From Williopsis jadinii (taxonomy: Eukaryota): a stretch of 64,000 nt of DNA. The stretch spans positions 806,001 through 870,000 of the forward strand of contig AP024664.1 in assembly GCA_024346625.1 (NCBI GenBank). The letters are read 5' to 3'. Under the pieces are notes generated by a model, which was not told where the DNA came from, did no database searches, and saw only the letters and a list, made by a program, of their open reading frames with translations. The position numbers and the translations under genes were made by a program. Every line of letters starts with the position of its first letter. The first letter of the stretch is position 1. Of the stretch, positions 30,839 to 42,800 are shown in pieces.

Positions 30839-33055
30839 TTAAACAGGCGTTGTCTCCTTCTTCAACCAGTAGAAGGCTCTTTGGTCATCCTTCAATAAAG
30901 GAGAAAGCATTTGACAAACGGTTTTATGGTGATTGTTGATTAGTTTTCTCTCTTCGTGGGTCAAGAGCGAGACGTTTGTTAGCTTTCTGCAGTATGGAAC
31001 CAATGTCAAGTTTCTAAACTTGAGGAATGACTTCTCACCAAACTTCAAGTCAGTGCTCTCAACGAGCATATCGTTTTCAATACGGATACCGTATTTGCCA
31101 TCCTCGTAGAATCCAGGCTCATTGGTGACGATGTTTCCCTTCTCCAATGGGTATGAGATCAACCCATTTCTCAATCCAATGCCGATAGGTCCCTCGTGTA
31201 CGTTGAGATAAGAACCCACACCGTGACCAGTGCCATGTCTATAGTCTAATCCCTTGGCCCATAAGAACTGTCTAGCGAGAATGTCGATGTAATAACCGTT
31301 TGTACCTTCTGGGAATACCAACTGCTCGATGGCCAAGTTACCCTTCAACACCAACGTGTAGTTATCAATCTCCTCCTGAGTTGGTTCACCAAAATGTAAA
31401 GTTCTTGTAATATCAGTGGTACCTTCCATGAACTGGGATCCAGTGTCACAAAGATAAATCTTTGAAGGGTCAATCATCGCAGAGTTCTCACTTGGTGGAG
31501 CATAATGGATCACCGCAGCATTTGCACCCGTTGCGGAGATGGTTTCGAATGAGTTGCCCATGTAATGCTCTTGTTCTTGTCTAAATTCAATGAGCTTTTC
31601 ACCAGCAGCATACTCATCAATCAACCCTTCGCCACGGACCAGTTTGTCTTCAAGCCATGCGAAAAACCTCACTATTGCAACGGCATCCTTCAACTGTGCC
31701 TTGGAGAAATTCTCAATCTCGGTCTTATTCTTCACAGACTTGAACAGAATAACTGGTGAAACTATCTGTCTGTATTTACAGTTGTTCAAATTACGCACGA
31801 TTTCCCAAGACGCAGTTTCTGGAATGGATATGGATGCAGACTTCTGCTTCAACGCAGTGGTTACCGAAGATAGTTCAGTCCAAATTGAATTATATGGAAG
31901 CACGGTAATGTTATTTTCAGCAAAGAATGTCTTAACATCATCGGAGTATGGGTTATCGGTGAATAACTTGGTGGTCTCACCGTCAACAATCACATAAGAG
32001 AAGAAGACAGGGTTATACTCGATATCAGAACCTCTCAAGTTAAGGAGCCATGCAACCTCATCCAAAGCGGACAATAAGATGGAATTGGAGTTGTGCTTGT
32101 TCAGTTCCGTGATCAGTCGTTGGTGTTTGCTCTTGAATTCTTCACCGGTGTATTCCTTTGTCAAATGGATCAACTTGTTTGAAGGCCTCTTTGGAACTTC
32201 TTCAAACTCGCCCCAGATAGCATCAACCAAGTTGTTTTTAATGGCAACGAGTTCCACTTTAGCCCCTTCTCCATTTTCATCCACTTTAGTCTTGATTGTG
32301 TTCTGGAAGCTGACAACATCTTTGTAGCTAATAACTTTCGGATCAATACCAATCTTGACAAGTTTCTTTCCCAGTCCAAGGGACTGTTCGATCGCCTCTT
32401 GGACTGCCCACTCTTGCCATGTTGGTTCGCCCTTTGCGCCTTGCTTGAGCAAAACCCAGTTGAAATCCAGCTCTTGGCCAGCCTGGTTGAAGTATCTTCC
32501 ATCAGTACTCAACGCAGACTTACCCTCTGGAATGTCGTTGAAATTCAACAAATCCCTGGTGATGATGGCAATTCCTGCAGAACCAGTGAACCCAGAGATA
32601 AAGCTTCTTCTCTGGTCTGCAGACGAGACGTATTCGGAGCTATGCTCATCCTCGCTAGGAACAATGTAAACCGCCAAGTCGTTCTCCTTCATCTTGAACC
32701 TCAACTTTTCCAATCTCTTGGTGGTGTTCACGTTCTTCGTGGTGCACAGCGTATCTGAAGAGTAAATGCTCTCCGCGGACATGGATCTTCTTGGAGACCC
32801 GGGAGTGGAACTCTTTCTTCTCGACAGCTGGTGCATGAACAACGACTTTCTTCTGTTCTGTCTGGATAACAACCCTGGAGAACACGTACAGTTCGAGCAC
32901 GGTCTTGAGCTCCTGTTGATGCTATGGGCGCCACCGCTACCGTGGCCGGCGCTAGCACTGGCCACTGGCGCGCTTGTCCCAGCACGGCCAGACGCAAGAG
33001 AGAACATCGAAGGCTTACTAGCAACTTGGTTGGACATGGTGAAGGTTCTGATCAT
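30839..33055 (-). CDS. FRA1: Xaa-Pro aminopeptidase P (M24B), Fra1
   Basis: N-terminal 'RPCSNCTCSPGLLSRQ', 'PSEDEHSSEY', 'DTGSQFMEGTTDITRT', 'HGTGHGVG..LNVHEGP' and 'NEPGFY..GIRIE'. Confidence 0.93.
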   Translation of the reverse strand: MIRTFTMSNQVASKPSMFSLASGRAGTSAPVASASAGHGSGGAHSINRSSRPCSNCTCSPGLLSRQNRRKSLFMHQLSRRKSSTPGSPRRSMSAESIYSSDTLCTTKNVNTTKRLEKLRFKMKENDLAVYIVPSEDEHSSEYVSSADQRRSFISGFTGSAGIAIITRDLLNFNDIPEGKSALSTDGRYFNQAGQELDFNWVLLKQGAKGEPTWQEWAVQEAIEQSLGLGKKLVKIGIDPKVISYKDVVSFQNTIKTKVDENGEGAKVELVAIKNNLVDAIWGEFEEVPKRPSNKLIHLTKEYTGEEFKSKHQRLITELNKHNSNSILLSALDEVAWLLNLRGSDIEYNPVFFSYVIVDGETTKLFTDNPYSDDVKTFFAENNITVLPYNSIWTELSSVTTALKQKSASISIPETASWEIVRNLNNCKYRQIVSPVILFKSVKNKTEIENFSKAQLKDAVAIVRFFAWLEDKLVRGEGLIDEYAAGEKLIEFRQEQEHYMGNSFETISATGANAAVIHYAPPSENSAMIDPSKIYLCDTGSQFMEGTTDITRTLHFGEPTQEEIDNYTLVLKGNLAIEQLVFPEGTNGYYIDILARQFLWAKGLDYRHGTGHGVGSYLNVHEGPIGIGLRNGLISYPLEKGNIVTNEPGFYEDGKYGIRIENDMLVESTDLKFGEKSFLKFRNLTLVPYCRKLTNVSLLTHEERKLINNHHKTVCQMLSPLLKDDQRAFYWLKKETTPV

Positions 33056-33675
33056 TCAACTGCTATACCAAGCGCCCTTTATTTTGCCGTTTATATCGGG
33101 TTGTTGTCGTAGCGCTGGGTATTAAATTTTCCTCCTCCGTATAAAAATTGCCTTTCCCTGAACACAACCGCCCGTTTTGTACCAGCCCACTTTCCCTTCC
33201 CGTGCGCTATTGTCATGCGCTGACACTTTGCCTCCTCCCCGTTGGCTTTTCCCCTATTTCATGAGCGGCGCACGAAAAGGCGTAGGCGTCGTCTGCAACA
33301 AATTTGTTCCCGTTTGGGACACTCCGGCTGGCGCCTTGGTGTGCGGGTGTCTCGGTGCTTGGATGTTCGGGTGTGCGGGTGTGTGCTCCGTGCGGAAACT
33401 CCACCGGAGAAACACACCGGAAAACACAGCCAACGCCGTTTCAGCGCGCAAGAAAATCGACTTTTGTGCCTGCTCCTCGCAGATTCCGCTCCCTCTGCCT
33501 CTCTGTGTGTTGTCTTTTTCCTCGTTTTGGCCCGTAGGGCCCACCCGCTAGCGAAAGCACTCCTATACATAAAATTTGGACAAAAACGGGGGGGGGGTGT
33601 TTTTCTGTTTGCTTGATACTCTGCCTTTTCCACCAAAGATCTCCAATTGCCATTTGATCTCTGTACCATTGGACG

Positions 33676-36600
33676 ATGTCATTTCTGGGTATCTACAAGG
33701 CGACGTATGCGTACGTGCCTCAGAACGACCAGGAGCTGGCGATTGACGAGAACGACCTCCTGTACCTGCTGGAGAAGTCGGAGGTTGACGATTGGTGGAC
33801 TGTGAAGAAAAGAGTTGTGGGTGCTGACGCCGAGGAGCCTGTTGGGTTGGTCCCCTCCAACTATATCGCTCCTGCTGATGCCATTGGCACTGCTCGTGCA
33901 CTGTACGACTACGATAGACAGACCGATGAGGAGCTTTCGTTCAAGGAGAACGACCAGTTCCAAGTGTACGACGATAAGGACCCGGATTGGATCCTGGTAT
34001 CGAAGTCGCAAGAGTACGGTTTTGTCCCGGCAAACTACATCGAGATGAGACCTGGTGCCTCTGCTGGTGCCACTGCCGCCCCAGTGGCTCAATCGCAGCC
34101 ACTTGAGTCCTTTCCACCACCACCATCGCATCCAACGGTTGTTTCCACGCCGGCAAAGGCTGCGCCAGAACCGGTCTTGCAACCGCCTCCGCAGAGATAC
34201 GACAGACCAACGAGCTCTGCTAATGCACAGCAAGAATACGACGACCACGAGGAGGAGGAGGCTCCTCCTGCGTTGCCTTCTAAGCCAAGACCTCAGTCCG
34301 TTGATCAAGGCTCTCGTCGTTACTCCTCAGAAGAAGAGGCGCCGCCGCCAAAGCCATCAAGGCCAACCACGCAGGACGGCTCCTCGTCATCGCAGCGCTT
34401 CAACGACGACGTTGGTGACTTATACACGTGGGCGGTCAGTGAGGTTGACGGTAGAAAGAAGAAGAAGGCCATGCTTGCAATTGGTAATGGTAACATCTAC
34501 TTCTCGCCAGACTCTGTCAACGGAGGATCCCCACAGCAATGGAGAGCACAGGACCTCCTTTCTTTCAGTTCTGAGAAAAAGCACGTCTTTCTCGAGTTCA
34601 AGGACCCTCTCTACTCGCTGGAGATCCACGCCGGTACTAATGAGGTTGCAGCCCAGATACTGTCAGTGCTGGGTGATTTGAAAGGTTCGGTTTCCCAAAA
34701 GGGGTTGAAAGAGATCAAGGATGCTTCATCGTCGAAAGGCTCGAAGAAGAGAAGCGGTAAAATCCTTTACAACTTTGAAGCAGAAGGTGCTGATGAGTTG
34801 AGTGTTCGTGAAGGTGATTCTGTCACCATTATAAACAGCACAAAGTCTAAGGATTGGTGGCTGGTGCAAAACACCGTCACTGGAAAGGCGGGTGTTGTTC
34901 CTGCACAGTTTGTCGAGCCCGTGGCTGAAGAGAAACCAAAGAGCTCCCTGGCTAGTAAGTTCAAACTGTCAAGATCCAAATCGAAGGATAACTTGAAGAA
35001 GGCCAAGCAGGAAGAAGAGGAGAGATCAAAGTTGTCCTTGCCGAAGAGTTCTCGTGTCAGAACTTGGGAGGATCGCTCGGGTACTTTTAGAGTGGATGCC
35101 GAGTTCCTCGGTGTTGTTGAAGGTAAAATCCACCTGCACAAGACAAATGGAGTGAAGATTGCAGTTGATGCGGGAAAGCTTTCCCTTGCAGACTTGGAGT
35201 TTGTCGAAAGAGTTACAGGAATGTCATTAGAGTCTTACAAAGCCAAGCGTGGATCCTCGAAGGACACTGGTGAAAGCGATCGTGAAAGAAGAGCTAGAAA
35301 GGAGCGTGAACGCAAGAGAAAGGAGCGTGATGAGCAGGAACGTGATCGTATTCGGTATGAGCGTGAGAGAATGGAGAGGGTTTCTGAGCGTGAGAAACTT
35401 GAACGTGAACGTGATAGAAAAGAGCGTGAACTGGAGAGAAGAGAACGTGAAATGGACAAGGAAGAAAGAGATCGTTTGCGCCATGAGCTGGCTGATGCTA
35501 AGAGAAAACTTGCTGACATGGCTTCCAAAGAAAATGACTACAGTAGATCAACTTCAAGGGACAGACCATCTTCAAGAGCTGTTTCTGGCTCTAAGAAAGA
35601 AGAATATGACTGGTTTGAATTCTTCTTGGAAGCTGGTGTTGATGTCAACCAGTGTCAAAGATATAGCAACAACTTTTCGAATGAACAGATTGACCCAAGC
35701 ATTCTCGAATCTATCGATGCCTCAGTGTTGAGAACATTGGGCTTACGTGAAGGTGATATAATCAGGGTCACCAAGTACATTGACCAGAAGTATGATCGTC
35801 AACAGAAGGCAGATGTCGCAGGTGCTTCGTCTACATCGAACGGTGGTCTCTTTACTGACTCTACAGGTGCTTTGAAAGTTAACCGTCCTGATTCTGCTAA
35901 TCAAGTAGCTGGTTCTCTTCCATCGCCAACGAAAACAGCTGCACAACCACAACCTACTGATGATGATGCCTGGACTGTTAAACCTGCTGTGAAGGCTGAG
36001 GCTTCCACTGCTCCTATACAAGCACAGTTTACTGGCTCTATGCAAGACTTGGTCAATTTGAAACCACTAGAACCAACAAAAACAGCCTCTTCTGCAAAAT
36101 CATTTGCTCCTACGCCTGCTACGCCTGCTAAACCAATTGAACCGGTAAAGACAGGCACCATTGCTTCTCAACCAACAGGCTTAGCTGCACAGGCCACAGG
36201 TGCTCTATTGGATCCTTTCAAGACTGGTGGTGGAAACATTCTACCTTTAACGACTGGTGGTATTGTCTATCTCCCAATTCAGCAGACTGGTATAATTGGG
36301 TTGCAGCCAACAATTATGCCATTACAAAAGACTGGTGGTTTGGCCCCTGCCTTAACTGGTGGTCTGGTGCCATTGCAAAAAACTGGTGGTCTGATCCCAT
36401 TACAGAAGACTGGAGGAATGAATCCTGCTCTAACTGGTGGCTTGGTACCATTGCAAAGAACCGGTGGAATTAATCCTGCTCTCACTGGTGGTTTGCTTCC
36501 ATTGCAAAGAACTGGTGGCGTACCTCAAACATCGTTTGGACAACCAACTGGTTTACCTCAGACATCATTCGGTACACAGGTTACTGGTGGTTTACCACAG

Positions 36601-37350
36601 ACTTCATTCGGTGCTCAGATGACTGGTGGTTTACCTCAGACTTCATTCGGTGCTCAAATGACTGGTGGATTACCACAGACTTCATTTGGTGCTCAAATGA
36701 CTGGTGGATTACCGCAAACCTCATTTGGTGCTCAGATGACTGGTGGATTACCACAGACCTCATTTGGTGCTCAGATGACTGGTGTTACTCAGCCAGCTTT
36801 TGGTGTGCAGCAGATGAGCCAACTTCCAACTACCTCATTTGGTGTACAAAACACGGGTTTCCAACAACAGCAGCAGCAATTGCCATTCGGTCCTAACCCA
36901 ACTGGTTATAGCTTATCATCTCCGCCAACTTTCAACACAAGTGGACCTATATATGGTCAACAGATGAATAACTTAACAACATCTTTCCAGAATGCATCTA
37001 TCTCGACACCATTTGGCCAACAACCACAACAGCAGCAACAGTCATTTGGCCAGCAACAGTTTGGTCAACAACAGTTTGGTCAACAACCACAACAACAGCA
37101 GTCATTCGGTCAACAACAGTTTGGTCAGCAACCATTTGGTCAACCTCAAACTTCATTTGGTCAAGCACCTGCTCTGTTTAATCAGCAACCTCAACAACAG
37201 ATGCCACAAGCAACATTCGGAGCTTATTCTCAGCAACAGCCACTGGAAGCGCAGCCTACTGGTTATGGGTTTGGTAATACACCATCAAATGATGGTTTTA
37301 AAAAGGCTGATCTCAGTAAAGCTTCGGCTGATAATCCATTTGGATTTTAG
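33676..37350 (+). CDS. SLA1: Endocytic adaptor Sla1 (3 SH3, SHD1, SHD2, C-terminal TG repeats, NPF)
   Basis: SH3 domains, SHD1 'RTWEDRSGTFRVDAEF', SHD2 'YDWFEFFLEAG', LxxQxTG repeats and terminal 'DNPFGF'. Confidence 0.96.
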   Translation: MSFLGIYKATYAYVPQNDQELAIDENDLLYLLEKSEVDDWWTVKKRVVGADAEEPVGLVPSNYIAPADAIGTARALYDYDRQTDEELSFKENDQFQVYDDKDPDWILVSKSQEYGFVPANYIEMRPGASAGATAAPVAQSQPLESFPPPPSHPTVVSTPAKAAPEPVLQPPPQRYDRPTSSANAQQEYDDHEEEEAPPALPSKPRPQSVDQGSRRYSSEEEAPPPKPSRPTTQDGSSSSQRFNDDVGDLYTWAVSEVDGRKKKKAMLAIGNGNIYFSPDSVNGGSPQQWRAQDLLSFSSEKKHVFLEFKDPLYSLEIHAGTNEVAAQILSVLGDLKGSVSQKGLKEIKDASSSKGSKKRSGKILYNFEAEGADELSVREGDSVTIINSTKSKDWWLVQNTVTGKAGVVPAQFVEPVAEEKPKSSLASKFKLSRSKSKDNLKKAKQEEEERSKLSLPKSSRVRTWEDRSGTFRVDAEFLGVVEGKIHLHKTNGVKIAVDAGKLSLADLEFVERVTGMSLESYKAKRGSSKDTGESDRERRARKERERKRKERDEQERDRIRYERERMERVSEREKLERERDRKERELERREREMDKEERDRLRHELADAKRKLADMASKENDYSRSTSRDRPSSRAVSGSKKEEYDWFEFFLEAGVDVNQCQRYSNNFSNEQIDPSILESIDASVLRTLGLREGDIIRVTKYIDQKYDRQQKADVAGASSTSNGGLFTDSTGALKVNRPDSANQVAGSLPSPTKTAAQPQPTDDDAWTVKPAVKAEASTAPIQAQFTGSMQDLVNLKPLEPTKTASSAKSFAPTPATPAKPIEPVKTGTIASQPTGLAAQATGALLDPFKTGGGNILPLTTGGIVYLPIQQTGIIGLQPTIMPLQKTGGLAPALTGGLVPLQKTGGLIPLQKTGGMNPALTGGLVPLQRTGGINPALTGGLLPLQRTGGVPQTSFGQPTGLPQTSFGTQVTGGLPQTSFGAQMTGGLPQTSFGAQMTGGLPQTSFGAQMTGGLPQTSFGAQMTGGLPQTSFGAQMTGVTQPAFGVQQMSQLPTTSFGVQNTGFQQQQQQLPFGPNPTGYSLSSPPTFNTSGPIYGQQMNNLTTSFQNASISTPFGQQPQQQQQSFGQQQFGQQQFGQQPQQQQSFGQQQFGQQPFGQPQTSFGQAPALFNQQPQQQMPQATFGAYSQQQPLEAQPTGYGFGNTPSNDGFKKADLSKASADNPFGF
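36511..36783 (+). repeat. Coding 36-bp tandem repeat within SLA1 (TGGLPQTSFGAQM-type units)
   Basis: Repeated ACTGGTGGWTTACCNCARACYTCATTYGGTGCTCARATG units. Confidence 0.85.
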
Positions 37351-39875
37351 AATTTTAGAAAGAGTAACAGTTTTATATTATTCGTTTCACTTGTACATTT
37401 ATGTAACATCAATTGCATGATGGAGTAGAGATATAAAGATGGCGTTTGTCGTCAACAATAATCACGTCTCTATGAATATCTTGTCCACGGTGTTATATAT
37501 ATAGGTGTTGAAAGGCATGCTACACGTTCGACGTCAAATATATTTTATGGGAGCAAAAACAGGGCTCATTGGTGTCAACCATGGCTTTACCGGGATCGAA
37601 CTACCGTGACTGTCATTTCCAACTACCCTTCGTGGCCCTGATTGTAGAAAGTGTACCAATTGTCATCTATGAAACAGTCTTGTTGATTTAGTTGGAGCAG
37701 TGTGGTGTCCAGGTGTAATATGGCGCAAACTCTTAATGTCCAGGTGTTAAGATCAACTATTCCATGTTGTTAAGTATTCTGGTTTAGATCATTATTCATT
37801 TGTTTAAATATCATATTTATGTATACTTGTGAGACAGGAATGATCATACTCATTGAAATTTAGTGATAAATACCAAAAGTTTGCACTAATATTTTTTTAA
37901 TTTAAGAGTTAGATCTTGAACTAATATATACTCAAATAATCATCGGAGTCGAACTAAGAAGAATATTTAATACTTTCCAAAAAGCGAACAAAAGCCAAGT
38001 TGTCATGTAGAGAATTCTGAATTTGGACATGAACAATATATCCAGTCACCAAGCTGCAAGTTGTGTTATCATCTCCTTAGTCCTTTCATTTCCTTTGTGA
38101 TTCGCAGGCTATAAGGCATCAAATCTTTTTGAAACGGTTTAGTTTCAGGCTAAACTGTAGGCAAGCCAACAATGGAGGTTTCGTTTAGAGGCTTTTGGTT
38201 CCTGAAACAGTCTCTATGTTGAAGTTTCTGGAGACCCCCTATAACTCAATCCGTACAAACTTGAGGCTCATCGGCGTGCTCCAAGCGTCATTTTGATTCT
38301 GCAGCTGTTTTTAAGACTGTACCGAGATGCGCATGATATAACATCCATCATGTTCAATCTGTCGAGCTACGACTTAACAAAGGGAGATATTTCCTAACAT
38401 AGCGCAACCTGTTATCTGAGATACAACTCTACACACCTCAAATGAACTATAACTGGGAATATCTTTTTCCTTTTCCAGCTCCCTTTTGTTTGAATAGTAG
38501 ACATAGCACACGCTGCACAGCAAACGTTGATGAAACCAACCCCTACAACCACAATGATCGGTCCAGATAGCCATGCTAGAGGTATCTTGGCTCGACTTTG
38601 TTAATACCCTGACAAGTGCATTATCCTGGTATTCTGGTGTATCCTCTGTTGTGCGTTGTTTCGTAGAACATGGAGGTCTGGTTCCGGGCTTTAAGATTAT
38701 CGATAGACCTCATGATTCTCTGATTCGAAACAATCAGTTTCAAGCGCATGGAAAATATAAGCTTTTCCTTAAAAACCGACAGAATTCGTTCCAATACTTT
38801 CTATTATAATATAACGCACAAGTTCAACAACTTGCCGGTGCCACTGTGACACAGCTACAGGTCCAGCATGCAAAGTGCATATCCCAGTGCGTATCCAAAT
38901 GCGTCGCTCTCGGCAGGAAAGGGCATATGGATCACAACCTCAGAGAGTGATAACCAACACGTGATTCATTCGATCGAAATCACGGCAGTGTGCTATATAT
39001 TTCAATGATCTTCAGATGGCGATATCCACGACGTGTTCCTCGCAATTTCCCGCTTATTGATTGGTTGTGGTTTGTAGTACATGCGAGTTTAATACGCGCC
39101 GGAGTCCGGCACGATAAAACTGATACAAAATGTACTCTTAAAAGTTTCAGGCGAATAGCGGCGTTCTAGAAGGGCCAGCAGAACAAAACATACGGCCACA
39201 GCCACTGAACGAGGTACTCTTTGAATACCGGGTTAGAGCCTACAGTGAATGCCCTACTGGAAAATTCCACCACACTCAGCCATGGCGGCCTGGATGGTGG
39301 CCTCGATGGTGGCATGGGGGACCATCACGTAGTGTAAAGTCTACAAAAATTGTACACCATCAAAACGGACAAGTGCGCAACAAAATAAGCCATCTTAACG
39401 CAGTAGTCCTCCTCCGCTGTTCATGTCCGCTGTTTCTCTCTGCTGTTCTTCCCTGCTGTTCCTCTCAACTCAACCAAGCGTAACTCCTTCGGGAATGCTC
39501 TCTCCTTCCCCGTCCCATAGAAATTCCGACGTGTCCGCCTTCCCAGCCCGCCAAAACCTCTTTGTGTTTAACTTTGCTCAGAAGTTATGGGCCCGCACTT
39601 TCATGCACCAGTGCTGACGTTGGGCGGAATTTTTTTTCGCTCGTCTTGTTCGGTTTGTCCCATTTCGAGGTAAGGACAAACTCTCATACACCAACAGGCA
39701 ACGGACAAACATTTGTTTAGAAGGAATTGACATATCCCAATACACAAAAACCAAAAAAAACACACCCACATAGACAACAAAGGAGTTGAGCAAGAGGATA
39801 CAAAATCGCCAGAAACAAGGGTAAACAATCATAATCAACGAGCCAGAAGGAACACACACACACACACACATCGAT

Positions 39876-42800
39876 ATGGCGCCTTTGCTTCCATCTGAGA
39901 GCAAAGTGTACTCGCTTTCGCTCCCTGACGAGAGCCCTGATCCTCGTCTTAATCTCAGCGCCAGGGTTGGCGCAGCGCTGACCTACACTTATTCAGCGGT
40001 TGTTATACACGGCGGGCTGGCTATGGAGCTGGCGCTACCGAGGGTGTCGATAGAGACGGTGGAGCAGGCGCTGAGGGAACGCTGTGGAGACTCACCGTGG
40101 AGCGACTTTCTGTCAAACGAGATCTTTTACCTGAACATCATCACGAGAAGCTGGCACAGGTTTCTCCTTCGAGACGATACGGTCAAGCCTTGTCCTCGTC
40201 TGTTTCACTCGCTGACCTTTACAGGAGACTCCATCTTCCTCTTTGGCGGGCTGTGCCTTGATAGCCATAACGCAGACAAACTTGTCCCCACGAATGACCT
40301 CTGGGAGCTTACTATAGACACTGGTGCCTGGGTTTGCCTCGACGATGGCTTGCACTCTGGCATTGTTAGCCGATTCGATCATAGCATTCTCGCAGTGAGT
40401 TATAAATCACCAGCGGATCACAAGCAACACCCTGCAATCGCAATCATTGGAGGAAGAGGCGAACTGAACCAAGAACTGATGCACATATCCATATTTGATT
40501 TGGAATCCAAACAGTACGTTAACAACACAGAGATGCAACTAAGCTTGAACGAATTAAAGACAAGAAATGACAGTGTTGGATCATCGGTCGATCCCCATGT
40601 ATCCGCGGGGACGCAAAGGGCAAAACTAAAGATGTCCAAAGACAATAGTTTTGTCATTTCAGGCTCTTCAAAAGAAACCGGAGAAGGCTTGAAAGATGAG
40701 TTTTTTGTCCTGTCCCAAGATATATCTGTGATCGAACATGGCAAAAATCCAATAGTGTCATTGCCAATATCACCTAACGCTTCTGGTATGAGACTACCCT
40801 TATCACAATCTTTCCACAGCAATAAGAGTGTTGTGCCCCGTGGCCTGTGTCGCCCAACAGGAGATGTCTTTGGATCAAACATTATAGTTTCAGGTACGAA
40901 TTCAGCTACACAGGAATTTGAAGTGTTTTCATTCAATAGACTATCTCATAAATGGTGTCGTTTGAATGTTGATAACAACAAGAGAAGAACAAACATGTAC
41001 CTTTGGAGATCATTCTCATGGCATTCCCATCACAAAGTGTTAATTCTTGGATCAGCGACCCGCCCAAAAGACTCGTCAGAGGGATACACCATTCAGAAAT
41101 TCGACACAATGGTGCTGGTGAATCAACCGATGATAAATTCATTCTGTGGGGTGGCAGACAATGAAGGAAAAGAACAACCCGCCCCAAATTTTGGAAATCT
41201 GAAGAAGAGTACAACGTTTGAGGCTTACTCGAAATATATTGCACCAACATCTAAGATTAGGACCATGGGGTCTGTATTCCCGACGTATGCTGTGACCCTT
41301 GGGAGAAGCGCTTTCGAGAGATTTGGATCTTCTCTAACGGATTTCGAACTTGTAACGGCAGATGGAGATAGGGTTAATGTTCCTCTCGTATTGTTAAGAA
41401 AGAGATGGGGCCGCTGCTTTGATATGTTACTTGCAAAAGCTTACTCGAGGGCTGTACAAACTTTGGAAAATGGCAAAGAGCCTACAGATGAGGAAGATGA
41501 TACCACCTCAGTCATGTCAGGATCCAATAAGAGATCTGTTCTTATGCTTAACAAGGCGTCGTATAATCGGGATAGGGCTGATTCACCACAGTTTCGCCTT
41601 CCCTTCCAAGAAAAGACACCTCCTACTCCACTAACACCTCTTTCAACTTCTGGTGATACACAATCGAGAAAACAAAGCGTGGTTTCAATAGGAGCAGAAT
41701 CTATCCTGTCTACATCCACATCTGAACTTCCAGACTCGGTCAATTTTGAGAATATTCCACCCGTCCAGCCTGAACCTACAGAACCGGTGCCGCCGCTTGA
41801 CATGAGAGTACCCATGAAGCAAATGAATTCGAGGGACTATCTTCGCGATCCAATAAGAGGATCTATAAGTGGTGCTTCCTTAGCATCAGGAGGTACAAAC
41901 ACGTCTGCTGTGAGATCCAAAGAGCTGAAAACACCGGTTTCACTGCTAAAAAGACGTGCAACCTCGAGATCGTCAAGTGTTCCGAACACCGACGATGAAA
42001 CCTTTTCAAACACCGGGTCAGAACTACTCAGTGATGATACTTTGAAAGGGTTTTTAGAACCTCTATTGATTCCAAGGGCTCTCTATCTTCCTTTCCACAC
42101 AGTAACAGTGAGGGCCCTCACAGAGTTTCTTTTTACCGGACAATTGGGCGATAAATGGCTTCTAACACCCACTACAACAGATATGTTACTGATTGCGAAA
42201 TTCTATGAGCTCCCACTGCTCTACGATTTGATTTCAGAGGTGATTTACACAGTTATTTCGAAGAAAGAGAGCGCTTTGATGCAAGCATATGCTGACATGA
42301 TTAACGATTTTAAAAAGAAGCTCCATGAAGTTTGTCATAACAATGATGACTTAATCAACACGTTTTGCACCACTCATGCTCATATTAAGTCCAGTTTTGA
42401 CCAAATTGAAGGATACCTTGCCACCGTAGACGATGGGTATTTCAATTTGGAGTTACTACGGAAAGCCAGCACTATGACCAGCACACCGTCATCCCCCAGA
42501 AGCAGCTGTGACGCATCACCAAGACGTTTATCAGCTCGTCGTACCCGTCTTGGTAAATCAAGCTTGTCAAGGGAAATAAGACACATGGATTATGATACTG
42601 AAGAGAGTGATGATCAGAACAGTGTAGTGGAGCCCGTGAGTGTCAACAGATCCCCAATCAAGTTTCGTACAGATTCTATGTCTCGATCATCATTAAAGAA
42701 GGTTGAGGTTGAGGACAGTATTGATCCATTATCAAAAACAGTATCAAGTGTCATTGACGATGATTCTTTATCACCAAAAGACAATGCAGATGTGACTCAG

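Noticed and set aside
37900..38810. Protein-like broken frames between SLA1 and MDS3 (possible pseudogene of a small membrane protein)
   Set aside because: Needs assumed frameshifts and has no identifiable family; a tBLASTx search would be required.
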